64,000 nt of DNA from Felis catus (GCF_018350175.1 NC_058382.1:54004001-54068000); one strand, 5' to 3'; counted from the stretch's first letter, positions 1-12,336 are shown. The notes: a model not told the origin generated them from the letters alone. A program made the numbers and translations.

Positions 1-658
1 TTATTGACATTCAGTGCCTATGAATCAGCAGGCTGAAGGCCCCTCCGGAGCCAGGAGAACTGCCAGCAGACGCTGACCTGCTCTCCCTCCTCTGCTGAGA
101 AGACCAGATCCAGCCCAGAGCAGCGCACCGCCTGGGGCTTCCCAGCCCAGAGCAGCGGAAGCAAGCCCACAGGTGTGCTGGGGAATAGGCACAGAGGCCA
201 GCTGTTACAGGGAAGAACCTGGGGAGCATGGGGCAGAGAGGAGAAGCACCTGTCCGGCCACATCTGTCATCACCCTCCACGCATACCGAATGCTGCTCTG
301 GCTGCTCCCCGTGCTACCTCTGACCCGCCCCGCCCTCCTCAGCCTCCTCCCATGGCTGTGCACATGCTATTCCTGCCGCCTAGGGCAGCCGGGTCCCATC
401 TCTCTGCTCCAGCTGCACCTTGACCTCTTCTGAACTCTCTCTACTCATGCAGGATCTAAGCTGGTCTCTTTGAACCTACGGTCAAAGCCTTCTAATGTTC
501 CATGCTACTGCTCTCAGCTCTGAGGCGTTCGCTGGCAGGAACCTGCCTTTATCCATGCCTGCCCTTCCTACTACTGTTTCTAGCATGGAAAACGAATAAG
601 CAATTTCTAAACACCTCAAGTGCACCTGTGGGTGTGCAAATCGCTTACCATTACAAAG

Positions 659-1403
659 CGTGTCGGTTTCCTATGGCTGGTGTGACAAATGACTACAAAC
701 GTCATGACTTAAAACGGCGTAAATTTGGGGCACCTTGGTGGTTCAATTGGTCGAGCATCCGACTCCTGATTTCGGCTCAGGTCATGATCCCAGGGTGGTG
801 GGATCGAGCCCCACGTCAGGCTCTGCCATGAACGTGGAGGCTGCTAGAGGTTCTCTCTCCCTCTAGGCCCCTCCCCCCGCACTTGCTCTCTTTCCCTAAA
901 AATAAATCTTTTAAAACATAAATTTATTAACAGTTCAGAGGTTGGAAGTCTGAAATCACAGGGCTAAAATCAAGCTGGTGGCAGACCCACATTCCATTGG
1001 GAGGTTCCCTGGGGAGAATGGTTTTCTTCCCCTTTCTGCCTCCTGGAGGCCCCACCATTCCTCTGCTGAGGGTCCCTTCAATCTTTGCAAAGCCAGCAAC
1101 ACAGAGGCTTCCAATCTCTCTCCCACTCATTGTCTCCTCCCCTCGTATTCCCCACCTCCCTGCCCTGTCAACTCTCCAAACCTGCTTCTCCATCACATCC
1201 TCTTCTCTGACCCACACCCTCCTGCGCCCTCCCTTACAAGGACCCTTAGCATTCAATTAGGCCCGTGCGGGTAATCCAGGAAAAGCTCTCCATCTACAAC
1301 ACTTAATCACACCGCAAAGCCCCTTTTGCCATAGAAGATAACATTCACTGGTTCAGAGGATTAGGACGCAGACATCTTTGGGGGCCAGTATCTGACTACC
1401 ACA
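659..1403 (-). mobile_element. MaLR solo LTR (MLT1C/D/E-like), interrupted by a SINE
   Basis: Resembles the reverse MLT1 consensus (..GTTTCCTATGGCTG..ACAAATGACTACAAAC..CTTAAAAC..; ..GCTAAAATCAAG..; ..CTACCACA). It has a perfect 5-bp TSD CAAAG at 654-658 and 1404-1408. Confidence 0.85.
727..915 (+). mobile_element. Can-SINE, older carnivore subfamily, nested in the MLT1 LTR
   Basis: GGGGCACC..GGTGGTTCA tRNA-like head, GATCGAGCCCC B-box region, CT tract and AATAAATCTT tail. TAAATTT recurs on both flanks. Confidence 0.9.
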
Positions 1404-1691
1404 CAAAGGACACTGTGAAAACGCACCAGAAGGCGAGTCAGAGAGCTCTAGCTCTGACAGCGTTACTTCCTCCTCTGTGACCTCGGATACATTGCCTAAC
1501 CTCTCTGAGCATAATTCTTCATCCCTAAAACCTCACAAAGGTACTCTCAGAAAAAGATTTACATTTAAGGAGTCCTTTAAACATCAAAACACAAAACAAG
1601 TACAAAGTCTTGTTGTTTCAGTTTTTTTTTTTGTTTGCCCAGGCTTGGCAGCTGGGCGGCTTTTTAAAATGGTCTCAAGTGAGGTAAGGAG

Positions 1692-1694
<3 letters not shown>

Positions 1695-1749
<55 letters not shown>
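1695..1749. repeat. (CA)n microsatellite, about 27 units
   Basis: Perfect AC run seen directly. Confidence 0.99.
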
Positions 1750-1752
<3 letters not shown>

Positions 1753-2079
1753 CACATTTAAAACACCACAAAAAATACTACATCACAAAATTAAAGGATA
1801 TGGCCAAAGCTGCATTTGAAGGCAAAATCACAACTGAATTTTTTTAAATAGATACCTGTCTATTTGAGCACCTGTTAGATACCAGGCACTATCATATTTG
1901 ACTCTGGAAGCTACCCTATAAGGATACCTAAATTACACGAGGCAATGCAGTCTTAGCGATATGAGACACAGCCAAGAAGTGGCAGAAGTGAATTGAATTT
2001 AAAGTGCACTTACTCACATCCTCGTCAGCCTGGCTTTATCAGGGCAGCAACTAGTTTTGCTGATTTTCTTCTCATCTGA

Positions 2080-2780
2080 CATGGCCAAAGGTAACACTCT
2101 TCTCATAGTCCCTCAAGGCTCCTTCTAATGTCCATGCACACTAGCCTCATTTACAAGGGCCAAGGCCAGCATCTTTTTCAGATGTCTGCCCTCAGGCTTC
2201 CCGAACCCATTCAGCCTCTGGAGGAGGCGAGCTGTGGTCCCTGGGATGTTAACATCCCCCCTGCAGATAGCCCTTAAGCACTGGCTGGCAGGCGTGCTGT
2301 ACTGACAGGGAAAAATCTGGTATAAGATGGCCAACGGGACTGATAGGGAAACTCCAGCCCGACCGAAGACTCCCGTTCCGGTCTTCTTCCTACTCCACTT
2401 GCCGCGCATGCGCCAAATTGCTACTAACGCGGAAGTAACAGACTATCATTTGTGCACGGGCTCAGACCTGGAGAGTGATCTCTTCCGGAGCCTGCCAGTG
2501 TAAAATAAACCCCCTGCCTTCCGAGATCTCTGAGTGCTGCTTGGTTATTCTGCCGGGTCATCCAGACCAGGTTCCCTTAACAGTGTAAATACCCCAGATT
2601 CCTCACACCGGATGGGATAATTTGGAGCACGTGTTTTATACCATTTCCTACAGTTTCCATTTGGGATTTGGTTTTAGGTGCCACTGTGTCAGCTAGCTTA
2701 GTATCTCGTCCCTTACAAGTTTTCTTCTCTTAACTACACGCATAGGGTCTGCTTTCCGGGGAGAGAAGTCACAAGGACAT
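2080..2780 (+). mobile_element. LTR16-like ERVL solo LTR, split by a younger LTR
   Basis: The segments GGGATGTTAACATCCCCC.. | ..GTGTAAATACCCCAGATTCCTCAC..GGGATAATT..GTGTTTTATAC.. and the end GGTCTGCTTTCCGGG..GGACA resemble the LTR16 consensus. The 5' boundary is approximate. Confidence 0.65.
2298..2582 (+). mobile_element. Carnivore ERV1-type solo LTR inserted in LTR16
   Basis: TG...CA termini, AATAAA at 2504-2509, 4-bp flanks GTGC/GTGT (1 mismatch) and CpG retention. It interrupts the LTR16-like sequence. Confidence 0.65.
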
Positions 2781-2799
2781 GTAGATAAGGGAACCTAGA

Positions 2800-5030
2800 G
2801 AGATAATGGTTCCTGACATATGTAAGGAAAAAACAAAACCCTTTACTGAATTAAAAAGGAAATAGCATTAAAAACCATGGCAAGTAAAATTGACACCGAA
2901 AAAAAAAAAAAAGGGGAGAACAAGCTTGGTGTGCTTTTCACAGAACACCAACTAAAAGAGCAAATACAAGTTGAAGGGGAAGTTGGTAGCAAAGAAAAAC
3001 AAATGGCAAAGCTCCAAGTCCAACATATGGGTAATCGATGTTGCAGAAAACCAAAACAAAGGAAACAAAAGTAAAATGCAAAGCTACAATGAAGCTGAAT
3101 AAGTTAATCTGTAAGCAAAAAAGCAGGCAGAATCAACATAAAGGAACCAATAGCTAGACAAAAACCTGTTTCACTGTGGTTGTTTGTGTGCTTTGTCTTT
3201 TAAATCCAAGAACAGATGACAATTAAGAGGAGTCAGGTAGAAAATGGTGGTTAACCATAAAGGAAGAAAAATCAGGCTGGCCTTCCAAGAGCACAGGGCG
3301 GAAGAAAAGTGAACAAGGCCCTTGCAAACGGTTTTTCGAACATGCATAGCCTGAGAATATTATACCCAGCCAAATGGACAGAAGCGTCTGAAGATAATTA
3401 AATGACATTCTTAGATAAGTAGTGACACATGAATTTTAACATTCATTTATGATTGTAGGGAATAAAATCACTAAAATACTAGGGGAAATAGAAAACAATA
3501 AATCCCAAATCTTTCATTTAGCCTGGATTAAAATCGCATTTAAAACAAAGGTCACAGGGGTGCATGGGTGGCTCAGTCAGCTGAGCGTTCCACCCCTGAT
3601 TTTGGCTGACATCATGATCCCAGGGTCATGGGATCCAGCCCAGCAGCAGGCTCCTTGCTGAGCACAGGGAGCCTGCTTAAGGTTCTCCCTCTCTCCCCCT
3701 GCCCCTTTACCATGCTCACATGCTCACCTGCTCTCTCTCTCTAAAATAGAAACAAACAAACAAACAAAAAGAAACAGAGGTCACAGATGAACTTGAGAGA
3801 TTACGGAAGTTTGATTATTGATATAAAGCTTCAAGAATCTGATGCACAAACCATGACATCCAAGAATATAAAGGTCAGAGTTGGAGAAGAATCCGATGCT
3901 TTAAATATACCAAGAAATTAAATATTAGCGATTCATTAAAGAAACATTGAATTCTGCCTACTTCGTTTGAAGCTATTCAGTAAGATTCTACTTTAACTTC
4001 ACTCGTTTATTGCTAATAAGGAATTTTTATTTACCCTTTGTGTTTTTGTTTCAGGGAGTGGAATTTTAGTTTACTCATCAAATGTGACAACCATGAACGT
4101 TCTGAAGTTGCTGTAATTATCTCGACTGACACAAAAGCAGTCCCTCTTCTCCTGGAGTTGAGAAACCGGCAGAAAGCGCCTCTCTCCTGCCTTGTACAAA
4201 TTATGGCAGAAGTGACCATAAACGGTCACTTTAACAGAAACATTTTAAAATCAGGCTGCATCGTCACTTTTTCCTCATCAATATGCACAAAAACAGAACA
4301 AGAGATAACTCAAAATGAAGAACTCGAACATTAGCACCTTGTGTAAAATGACTGGTGGTAAAGACTGAAAACTTCCCTATTGTTATAAGATACCTATTTT
4401 GTGTAAATATGTGTTTATATTTATACAGACCACAAAAAGCATCAATACTAAAATTTAAATGAAACTGTACTTTCCAATTTTTTCTTGTGTTCATTTTTCC
4501 ATTTTTCTAAAATGATTTTATATTCCTATCATCAGAAAATAAAGCCACTTACTACCCAAACAGCATATTGGTGAAGTATTTGCAGCAATTATCATAAACG
4601 CGGGCTCAATATCTTCTGTGTAGAGACTCCATAAGAAATACATGGCAAACAGCATAAACTCATAAAACAAGATAAACAACTAATTAAAAAACACCTTTAA
4701 TGTAGAGAAAATATATGTGAATCTTAACACTAGCTTCACATAGGATTTTTTCAATTCTAATACTTTTCCACTGGAATAATACATGTGTACAATCCTTCTA
4801 GAAAGCAATTGCACATGAATCGGAGCCTTTACATGTAAGTCACAGAGCTGTAAAAAAGTATCAGAGGAAAGTATAAGGGAATTTGTTAGTGATCTCAGGA
4901 GGGAGAAGGTCTCTCTAGACAAGATAAAAAAAATAGATGCCAAAATAGAAATAATGACACATACACCCACACTAAAATTAAAATCGTTCTATGATAATAG
5001 ACCTCACAGCTAAGTTGAAAGCAATCAAGA
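2800..5030 (+). mobile_element. Highly degraded old L1 (L1M) ORF2 fragments
   Basis: A-rich. 4130-4215 resembles the L1 ORF2 stretch AAAGCATTCCCCCTAAAATCAGGAACAAGACAAGGATGCCC, and 4820-5000 resembles the ORF2 3' part. Confidence 0.6.
3557..3771 (+). mobile_element. Can-SINE
   Basis: GGGGTGCATGGGTGGCTCAG head, CT tract and (AAAC)n tail. 14-bp TSD AAACA(A/G)AGGTCACA at 3543-3556 and 3772-3785. Confidence 0.93.
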
Positions 5031-5267
5031 GATTGAGAAGCAGCGTGAGCCTTCCAGCCAAGGATGAGGAGTTCAGCAAATCATTACCCTAAAAGCAATT
5101 CTAAAGCTGAAAAAAATTAACAAAAACAACCATTTCAGAGCCCCGGACATCACCAAAGGCACACAACAACCTGCGAACTGTTTGTGCGTATACAACCGCT
5201 AGACTTTCGCTAAGAATAGGGGGACTCTGCAGTAGTCTCGCCCTGGACTGCGACCAGAACTGACTAC

Positions 5268-5312
5268 CCACCACCATCACCACCACCACTGCCATCACCA
5301 CCACCATCACCA
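5268..5312. repeat. Imperfect (CAC/CAT)n trinucleotide repeat
   Basis: CCACCACCATCACCACCACCACTGCCATCACCACCACCATCACCA seen directly. Confidence 0.9.
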
Positions 5313-5589
5313 GAGGGCTAGTGCCTAGCTGGCAGAGATCCGGCCAGGGCGGATAGCTTTGAGGAGTGACAGCTTCACATGCCCACCAGGACAATGCCCA
5401 AACCTGCAGGTGTTATCAGTGAAGGTGACTATCGTGGAGGCAGGGAAGGCCCATGGCTTTACTTGGTTGAAGTTGTGGTCTTGGGGACAGCACATTCCTG
5501 GCTGAGGATGCACATGCGTGAGCGCACACCCGCGCACACACACACACACAGAGCAGGGACTGAGCAGGACACAAACACAGCATACCCCT

Positions 5590-5970
5590 CCAATGGAATA
5601 CTATCCAACAGCAGAAAGAAATAAAGTCCTGACACATTACAACATGGATGAACCAAAAGACAATTATGCTAAATGAAAGAAGTCAGATGGAAAAGACTAT
5701 ATGTTGTATGATTCCATTTAGTCCAGAAAAGGTGAATTCATTGAGACAGAGTACAGACCAGTAGTTGCTAAGGGCTGGGAGGTGGGAGTGTGGACGAACT
5801 GCAAATGGGCACAAGGAAAACTTCAGGGTTGGCAGAGAAGGTCTGAAAGTGTACTGTGGTGAGGCTGCACAACTCTGTAAATTCACTTAAAATTCTTGAA
5901 CGGTAGACTTATGACGGTTGCATTTTATGGTGTGTGAGTCATACTTCAGTACAGTTATTTTAAAAAAGAG
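5590..5970 (+). mobile_element. L1MB/MC-type 3' end
   Basis: AATGGAATACTAT..CAACATGGATGAACC..TGTATGATTCCATTTA..GCACAACTCTGTAAATTCAC..TTTTATGGTGTGTGA is a typical old L1 3' UTR. Confidence 0.85.
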
Positions 5971-8900
5971 ATAGGGAGACAATATTTGCGACATAGCTGA
6001 AAAAAAGCTGAACGTCCATAATGTACAGTTTGACACCTCGAAAGAAGAAACTCGGCAGGCAGACAGGCCGAGACAACTACAAAAGCCGCATGTGAAAAGG
6101 GGACCAATTCACCTAGAAATGAGGGGAAAGCAAGACAAGACAAGACCGCATGGCCTTTTTCCATCTTCTCAAGTAAAAGACTAAAGAAAATGTCTTGTTC
6201 CCATTTTACAGATTGGAAAGAGAAGGTCAGAGTTTCAAAGTCTCGCCCAAACCCGTCTCTTCCGGCGGTGAGTGAAGGTTTGCCACCATGAACTTGCACG
6301 GTCCCTCCCCCACAATCTTGTCCCTATCATCCCCAATCCAGCGTCTATGTACACAGTGAAGATATTGAGACATTACAGGTTGGGAGGGACTGGGCGAGGC
6401 TCGCTGAGCTCCGTAACGCACTCTGTCAGGCATTTGTAGTATTCTTATTAACACCTAATGGTCCATCAAGGCTCATTATGGATTTTTGTTTTGCTCTTCG
6501 TGGCTAGATTATTAAGATTTCATTAATGCCAATTTATCACCAGGGCCCTAAGTGTAGCTAGTGTCGCCATCGCTTGTGGTAGAAGCCGCGGTTGGTGCAG
6601 TTTCGGAGATTTCCCCAACCCCCACCTCGGGCCGCAATGTCAAGGACCCTCCTCTGTCAAGAGAGCCGGTGCGCAGGGGCTGGCGCATCACGGCCTCTGC
6701 AAGCACCGGCTTAGAGCCAGAAGTCCTCGGCTATCGCCCCAGCCTCTCCCTTGTGTTTCAGTCTCCTCTCTTGTAACAAAACCACCCCTCCAATCTTGCT
6801 GCACTTGGAGAGAACGGAAGACAGGCTGGGTGGGAACAGGCTTGGAAAACGTGGCACAGAAATAGGCTTCGTTAGAGACAGGGCCTACCTTAAGCCGCGT
6901 AGAACAGACACCCAGCCTCAGCCTTTAGGAAACCACATTGATCTGGCTTTCAAAAAACAGAGCCAACCCAAAAGCGACCTGGACCAAAAATACTGTATTC
7001 AAAATAAAAGGCAAAGATCTCCTTACCTTGACAAAAGCCTGCAGTCCCAGGGTTCTGTAGCAAGGATGCTGGGTCCGTGCAGATCTTCCCACAGGAGACT
7101 GCAGAGCCTGGGAGGGAAGAGTAAGTTGGAGTATTTGGGACTCGGGAGGAGCGACCAGCCTACTGTCTTCCCATGAGTGCCGGCGGCGTGCAGCAGGTGA
7201 GAATGAAGCCCGAGGCATGATTCTGAATCAGAGTCACCTGGGCACCAGTTTGCTTGGCATTAAAAGCTCCCCTAGTTAATTCTGATATTTCCTTAAGTGC
7301 AGGGCTCCTTGTCTTACTACAGAGGATCTCAAAAGTAACTGTGTATCAGGATCACAAGGAAAGTTACTAAAGACAAGAGCCCAGGATCCTTGAAATAAGA
7401 CAGAGGACTTTGTATTTTTGCCAGGTTCTCCGAGTGATCTTGATATGACCCAAGATTGGGAACCAGTGAATCAGCAGTTTGGCAATGTCTGCTGGGTCAA
7501 GCCATCCAACCATCTGGGGAAGGAGCCACTATGAGCTAAGTGGCGTTACCTGTGCAGTGCCTGGCTTGTAGCAGGTCTGAGTAAATAACCACACCTGACT
7601 TACCTAGCACACGCTGCAAGAGAAGAGAGTTCTGGCGCTTTAGGACGTTGGACACAACCCAGAGACTCCCTCTATGCATCGGTTTGTAAACTACGATCAG
7701 TTTCCCATATCTTGCTTCAGCCCCATGCAAGAACCACCCATGGACATGAACAGTGGATATCCAACAGTGCCTTAGTATCAACAGCTTAACAATGAGCATT
7801 AAGGGAACAGTGATGCTAGGGGGTGGGGGAAGGAGCAAGACAAGGGCTATTTACTAGGAAATCCCTCCCTTTGGGGACTTTCTGTGCACTGCCTGTCTCA
7901 AGGTATTTGTAATGAAATCTTCAAAAGCTGGGGATGAGTCAAAACAGGGTTTGTGTTAACAGAGATCAAAGCTTCTTACCATTCTAAGGGCTTCCCCAAC
8001 ACAGTGTGTACTAATTATTCAAGGATAAAATGGGGTGACACAAAAATCATTCATTCATTCATTTATTCGTTCATTCACTAAGTGCACAACACTCGAGGAT
8101 CTGGATTCTGGGATCAGGATGCCTGGTTCTGCCACTTCTAGCTACGTGTTTGCGTTAATACCTGTGTGTCTTAGTTTTCTCTCCCATTAAGTAGGGATGA
8201 CAACAGTATCTACCTCCTGGGGAATCTGGGAGGACTTGACACGTTGTGTAAGTATCAGGACACTGTCAGACGCATTGTAAGTGCCATGTAAGTGCTGCCT
8301 GTTATAATTCATTTACTTTCTCACAAGGCATGCTGGAGATGCACACATGGAAATCCCCACCCTGCACTCAAGGGCCTTCCAAACAGGCAAAGGAGACGGG
8401 CAGGCGAGAGTCAACTGCTACAGTCCCGTGTGGTTGGGCTACAGGTCAGAGATGGCAAGTAATGACGGAGGGAACGCAGATGCGGGCGCAGAAGCCAAAC
8501 GTCCCAGAGCGTCATTTGGTGGGAGAACCGGGGGACTCTCAGAAGCTCTCCCGAAACAGAGCCCCCAAGCATGAGCCAACTGAACAATGTGAGGGGTAGT
8601 TTTCAAAATGCATATTCCCTGGACCCATCCCTGGAGACTCAGAGTCCCTAAGTTTGCAAAGGGCCCCAGGGTTATCCATTTGCAGTCCCCCTAGCAGGTT
8701 CCAATCTTCAGCCAGGCTTGGTGGGCACCGGCCTAGGGGTAGAAGATGAGTAAGAAAAGGACAGGAAGGAGCTCATGGGTGAAGAGAGAAGTGGGCAGAG
8801 GTTGGGGACCCCACCACATGGCCTGGCCAGACCTTCAGCTTGAATCCTAATCTAAGTCAGAGCCCTACATCCCCACTGCATGCTAGATGCTCTCCCTCCA

Positions 8901-9904
8901 GTCCGAGTCAGAGCCCGAGAGTCTCTGACCCCTGTTGCTAGTTTTGGACCACTTCTCTTCTCTCTTCCTTCAGAGATATTCCCCCACTTTGGAAATGGAT
9001 AATTACTTAGAGTGTTGGCTTGTTTTCTTGCCTACCGGACATGAACTCCATTCTCTGCTCCTTCATCACTGGGTGGCAGGCACGCAGCATGGTGCCTGGC
9101 ACGTAAGAGCAGCTCAATACACCTGCTGCCTCACGAGTGATCTGGGTCACTGCATCCGCTGGGTGAGGACAGCTCAGGTACATCTGAATTTGTTTACTCA
9201 GAGTCACAGACTTCTGCCTCCCAACCACTGTCAAGCTCAGGCCCGACTCTTTTTGCCTCCTTGATGCTTTTTCACCATTTTTTTTTAAATTTCTCCGAGG
9301 CTGGTGCTTCTTCACAGTAAATTGTCTTAGTGTCTGGAAAGGCCTTCCGTGCTCGATCTGAGGCAAGCCCACTCACTCTTGGACTCTACCTTCCGAGCAC
9401 TCCCAAGGACTCTCATCCTTCCGAGATGGCGCTCAGGGTAGAGTTCCATTTTAAACTTGATGGGTGAATTCTTCCGTTACATTTGAACCAAGCTGACATA
9501 AGAAGAGCACGCAGCCCTCCTGTCCACAAATTTCATTTCCCCGATCATGAAAAATGCGGACTGTACGTGAAAAACTCAGAAAAACAAATGAAAACCATAA
9601 ATTGAAATAGGGCCTCAGAATGTACCTTTCCAAACCCAATGAGACCCGTATTTCAACTGGACTAGGAAAGATCCCAAGAGTGTGATAAATATTGCCATGA
9701 ACTCTAGAGGCCTGGCAGATAACTGAGGAATCAGAATGCGGAAGGTTAAAAGGAATTCCGGTCCAGGAACTGTGGGCCCAGATGTTAGTGTCATTTGCCT
9801 TAAATAGAAAGGCCAGGTAAAAATGATTCCAACGGAAACAGAGCAGCACTACCAAACTCCAGCCAAACACTATCATCCACCAAAGCCAAAAAGCAGTTCT
9901 GTCA

Positions 9905-10389
9905 CTCATCCGTTCGACAAATCTTTAATGAGCATCTTCTATGAGCCAGGCACGTCCTAAATCCTGGGAATATGGCACAGAACCAAACTGACAAAAATCC
10001 CTGCACTTAAGAAGCTTATCTGCTCATGGAGGAGATGCACAGTAAACACGTAAGTGACTTTATACTGTGATGAGTAGTGGAAAGTGCTATGAAAATAAAA
10101 CAAAACAGAGCCGGAAGAGAGAAGATGCCAGAGATGGGGGGATGCTTGGAACAGGGCGGACAGAGCTAGACTCATGGAAACGGCAGCATTTGATCAAAGA
10201 TCAGAAGGGGGTGAGGGATTGGGACGCCTACGTGCCTCAGTCAGTTAAGCGTCCGACTTCAGCTCAGGTCATAATCTCACAGTTCATGGGTTCGAGCCCT
10301 GCATCAGGCTCTGTGCTGACAGCTCAGACCATGGAGCCTGCTTCTATCTCCTCCCTCTCTCTGTTCCTTCCCCACTCACACTGTCACTG

Positions 10390-10433
<44 letters not shown>

Positions 10434-10680
10434 AAATAAACATTAAAATTAAAAAAAAAAAAAAAAAAGAGGTGAGGGACTGAGTCACGTGGATTTCTGG
10501 GGGTAAAACCTTCCAAAACAAAAGAAACAAAGTGTGCTAAGTTTGTGAGGTGGGAACAGGTCTGGAATGTTAACACAAGGTGGCTGGAGCAGTGTGAAGG
10601 AGGGCAGGAGAGAAAGGTGGGGCTGAGCAGAGACTGCAGGCCGGCAGGGAGGCAGAGGCTAGCACAGTGCAAAGAACTCG
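9905..10680 (-). mobile_element. L2 3' region, interrupted by a SINE
   Basis: CATCCGTTCGACAAATCTTTAATGAGCATC..ATGAGCCAGGCAC..AAAAATCCCTGCAC is the reverse L2 3' end. It resumes after the SINE. Confidence 0.75.
10221..10468 (+). mobile_element. SINEC_Fc-type (feliform) SINE
   Basis: GCGTCCGACTTCAGCTCAGGTCA..GGTTCGAGCCC..CTCTGTGCTGACAGCTCAGA, long (CT)n and poly(A). TSD GGTGAGGGA(T/C)T at 10210-10220 and 10471-10481. Confidence 0.96.
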
Positions 10681-10819
10681 TCTTTTTTTTTGGTGGGGGG
10701 GTGGGGGGGGCGGTTATAATTCTATATTATCTTTAGTTTGTTGCTCAAATTATTCCAACTTTGGCTATTGGAATCTCTTCCAGGTGGGCTCCTGTGTTCA
10801 ACATGCCCTTTATCTTCTT

Positions 10820-11610
10820 TATTATTTTTTTAAATATAATTTATTGTTAAATTGGTTTCCATACAACACCCAGTGCTCATCCCAACAAGTGCCTTCCTCA
10901 GTGCTCATCACCCACTTTTCCCTCTCCCCCACCCCCCATCTACCGTCAGTTTGTTCTCAGTATTTAAGAGTCTCTTATGGTTTGCCTCCCTCCCTCTCTG
11001 TAACTCTTTTTTTCCCCTTCCCCTCCCCCATGGTCTTCTGTTAACTTTCTCAAGATCCACATATGAGTGAAAACACATGGTATCTGTCTTTCTCTGCCTG
11101 ACTCATTTCACTTAGCATAATACCCTCCAGTTCCATCCATGTTGCTACAAATGGTCAGATTTCATTCTTTCTCATTGCCAAGTAGTATTCCACTGTATAT
11201 ATAAACCACAATCTCTTTATCCATTCATCGGTTGATGGACATTTAGGCTCTTTTCATAATTTGGCTATTGTTGAAAGTGCTGCTCTAAACATTGGGGTAC
11301 ACATGCCCCTGTGCATCAGCACTCCTGTATCCCTTGGGTAAATTCCTAGCAAGTGCTATTGTTAGGTCATAGGGTAGATCTATTTTTAATTTTTTGAGGA
11401 CCGTCTACACTGCTTTCCAGAGCGGCTGCACCAGTTTGCATTCCCTCCAACAGTGCAAGAGGGTTCCCGTTTCTCCTCATCCTCGCCAGCATCTATAGTC
11501 TCCCGATTTGTTCATTTTAGCCACTCTGACTGGCGTGAGGTGGTATCTCAGTGTGCTTTTGATTTGTATTTCCCTGATGAGGAGTGACGCTGAGCATCTT
11601 TTCTAATGTT
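10820..11610 (-). mobile_element. 5'-truncated carnivore/feliform L1 (ORF2 end plus 3' UTR)
   Basis: A T-rich tail is followed by ATACAACACCCAGTGCTCATCCCAACAAGTGCC (carnivore L1 3' UTR) and a well-preserved reverse ORF2 end (TTTCACTTAGCATAATACCCTCCAGTTCCATCCA..GGCGTGAGGTGGTATCTCA). Confidence 0.93.
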
Positions 11611-12336
11611 GCCCGTGAGACGAAAAAGTTAACGAGAGTTTGAGAAGCAAAAAACAAAGACCAAACTGAAACTTCCATCTCCTGCAATCAGAAACATGGT
11701 TTGAAGATGGCTAATGAGCCAGCAGGGTAGCAAGTGCCTCCAGACACAATTTAATGTCACCTAAGTTCTTTGGCATACCGGCAAGGGCGCCCCACATTTG
11801 GGCAACACAGCACAACTCTTTCCCTTGAATTCAGACACGGTTACTGGTCCACTTGAGAATAGACTTCTTTCACCAGAAATGAGAGAAATTGACATTTCCA
11901 GATATTAAATGGGTTCCCTGTTATTTTTAGGGCTTGGGCAGCTGAAGCCGCTGAACTCAAATGTGCTCCCTTGATCAAAGAGGCCTAAAAGGATTCCCCA
12001 GCCCTGAGAGCTGTGTCTCTAATAGGATTATGCCTGAATTAAACGACGGAACCATTTATGACTTAGGGCACTCTCTGGCTTTGAAGTTTGCCTCAACAAA
12101 TGATCCATTTTTATATAAACCAGAGCTGGAGAATGACAAGGAAGCCTGCAAGTAGTCCCAAATGGAGAGCTTTGTACAAGATAATCGGGGGAGAAGAAAC
12201 ATTTGAACTAACACTCTGGATCTGCCTTTGAGCAAATGATGGCATGGAGAGAAAATGTTTTTTCTCTCCTGAAGCATTTGACAAGGCTGAGGTCATTTTT
12301 TTTACTCAGAAGCAGAACGTGTCCAACATCTTCCAA

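Noticed and set aside
4031..4334. 98-aa ORF preceded by an acceptor-like TTTGTTTCAG
   Set aside because: It overlaps degraded L1 ORF2 sequence and resembles no known protein.
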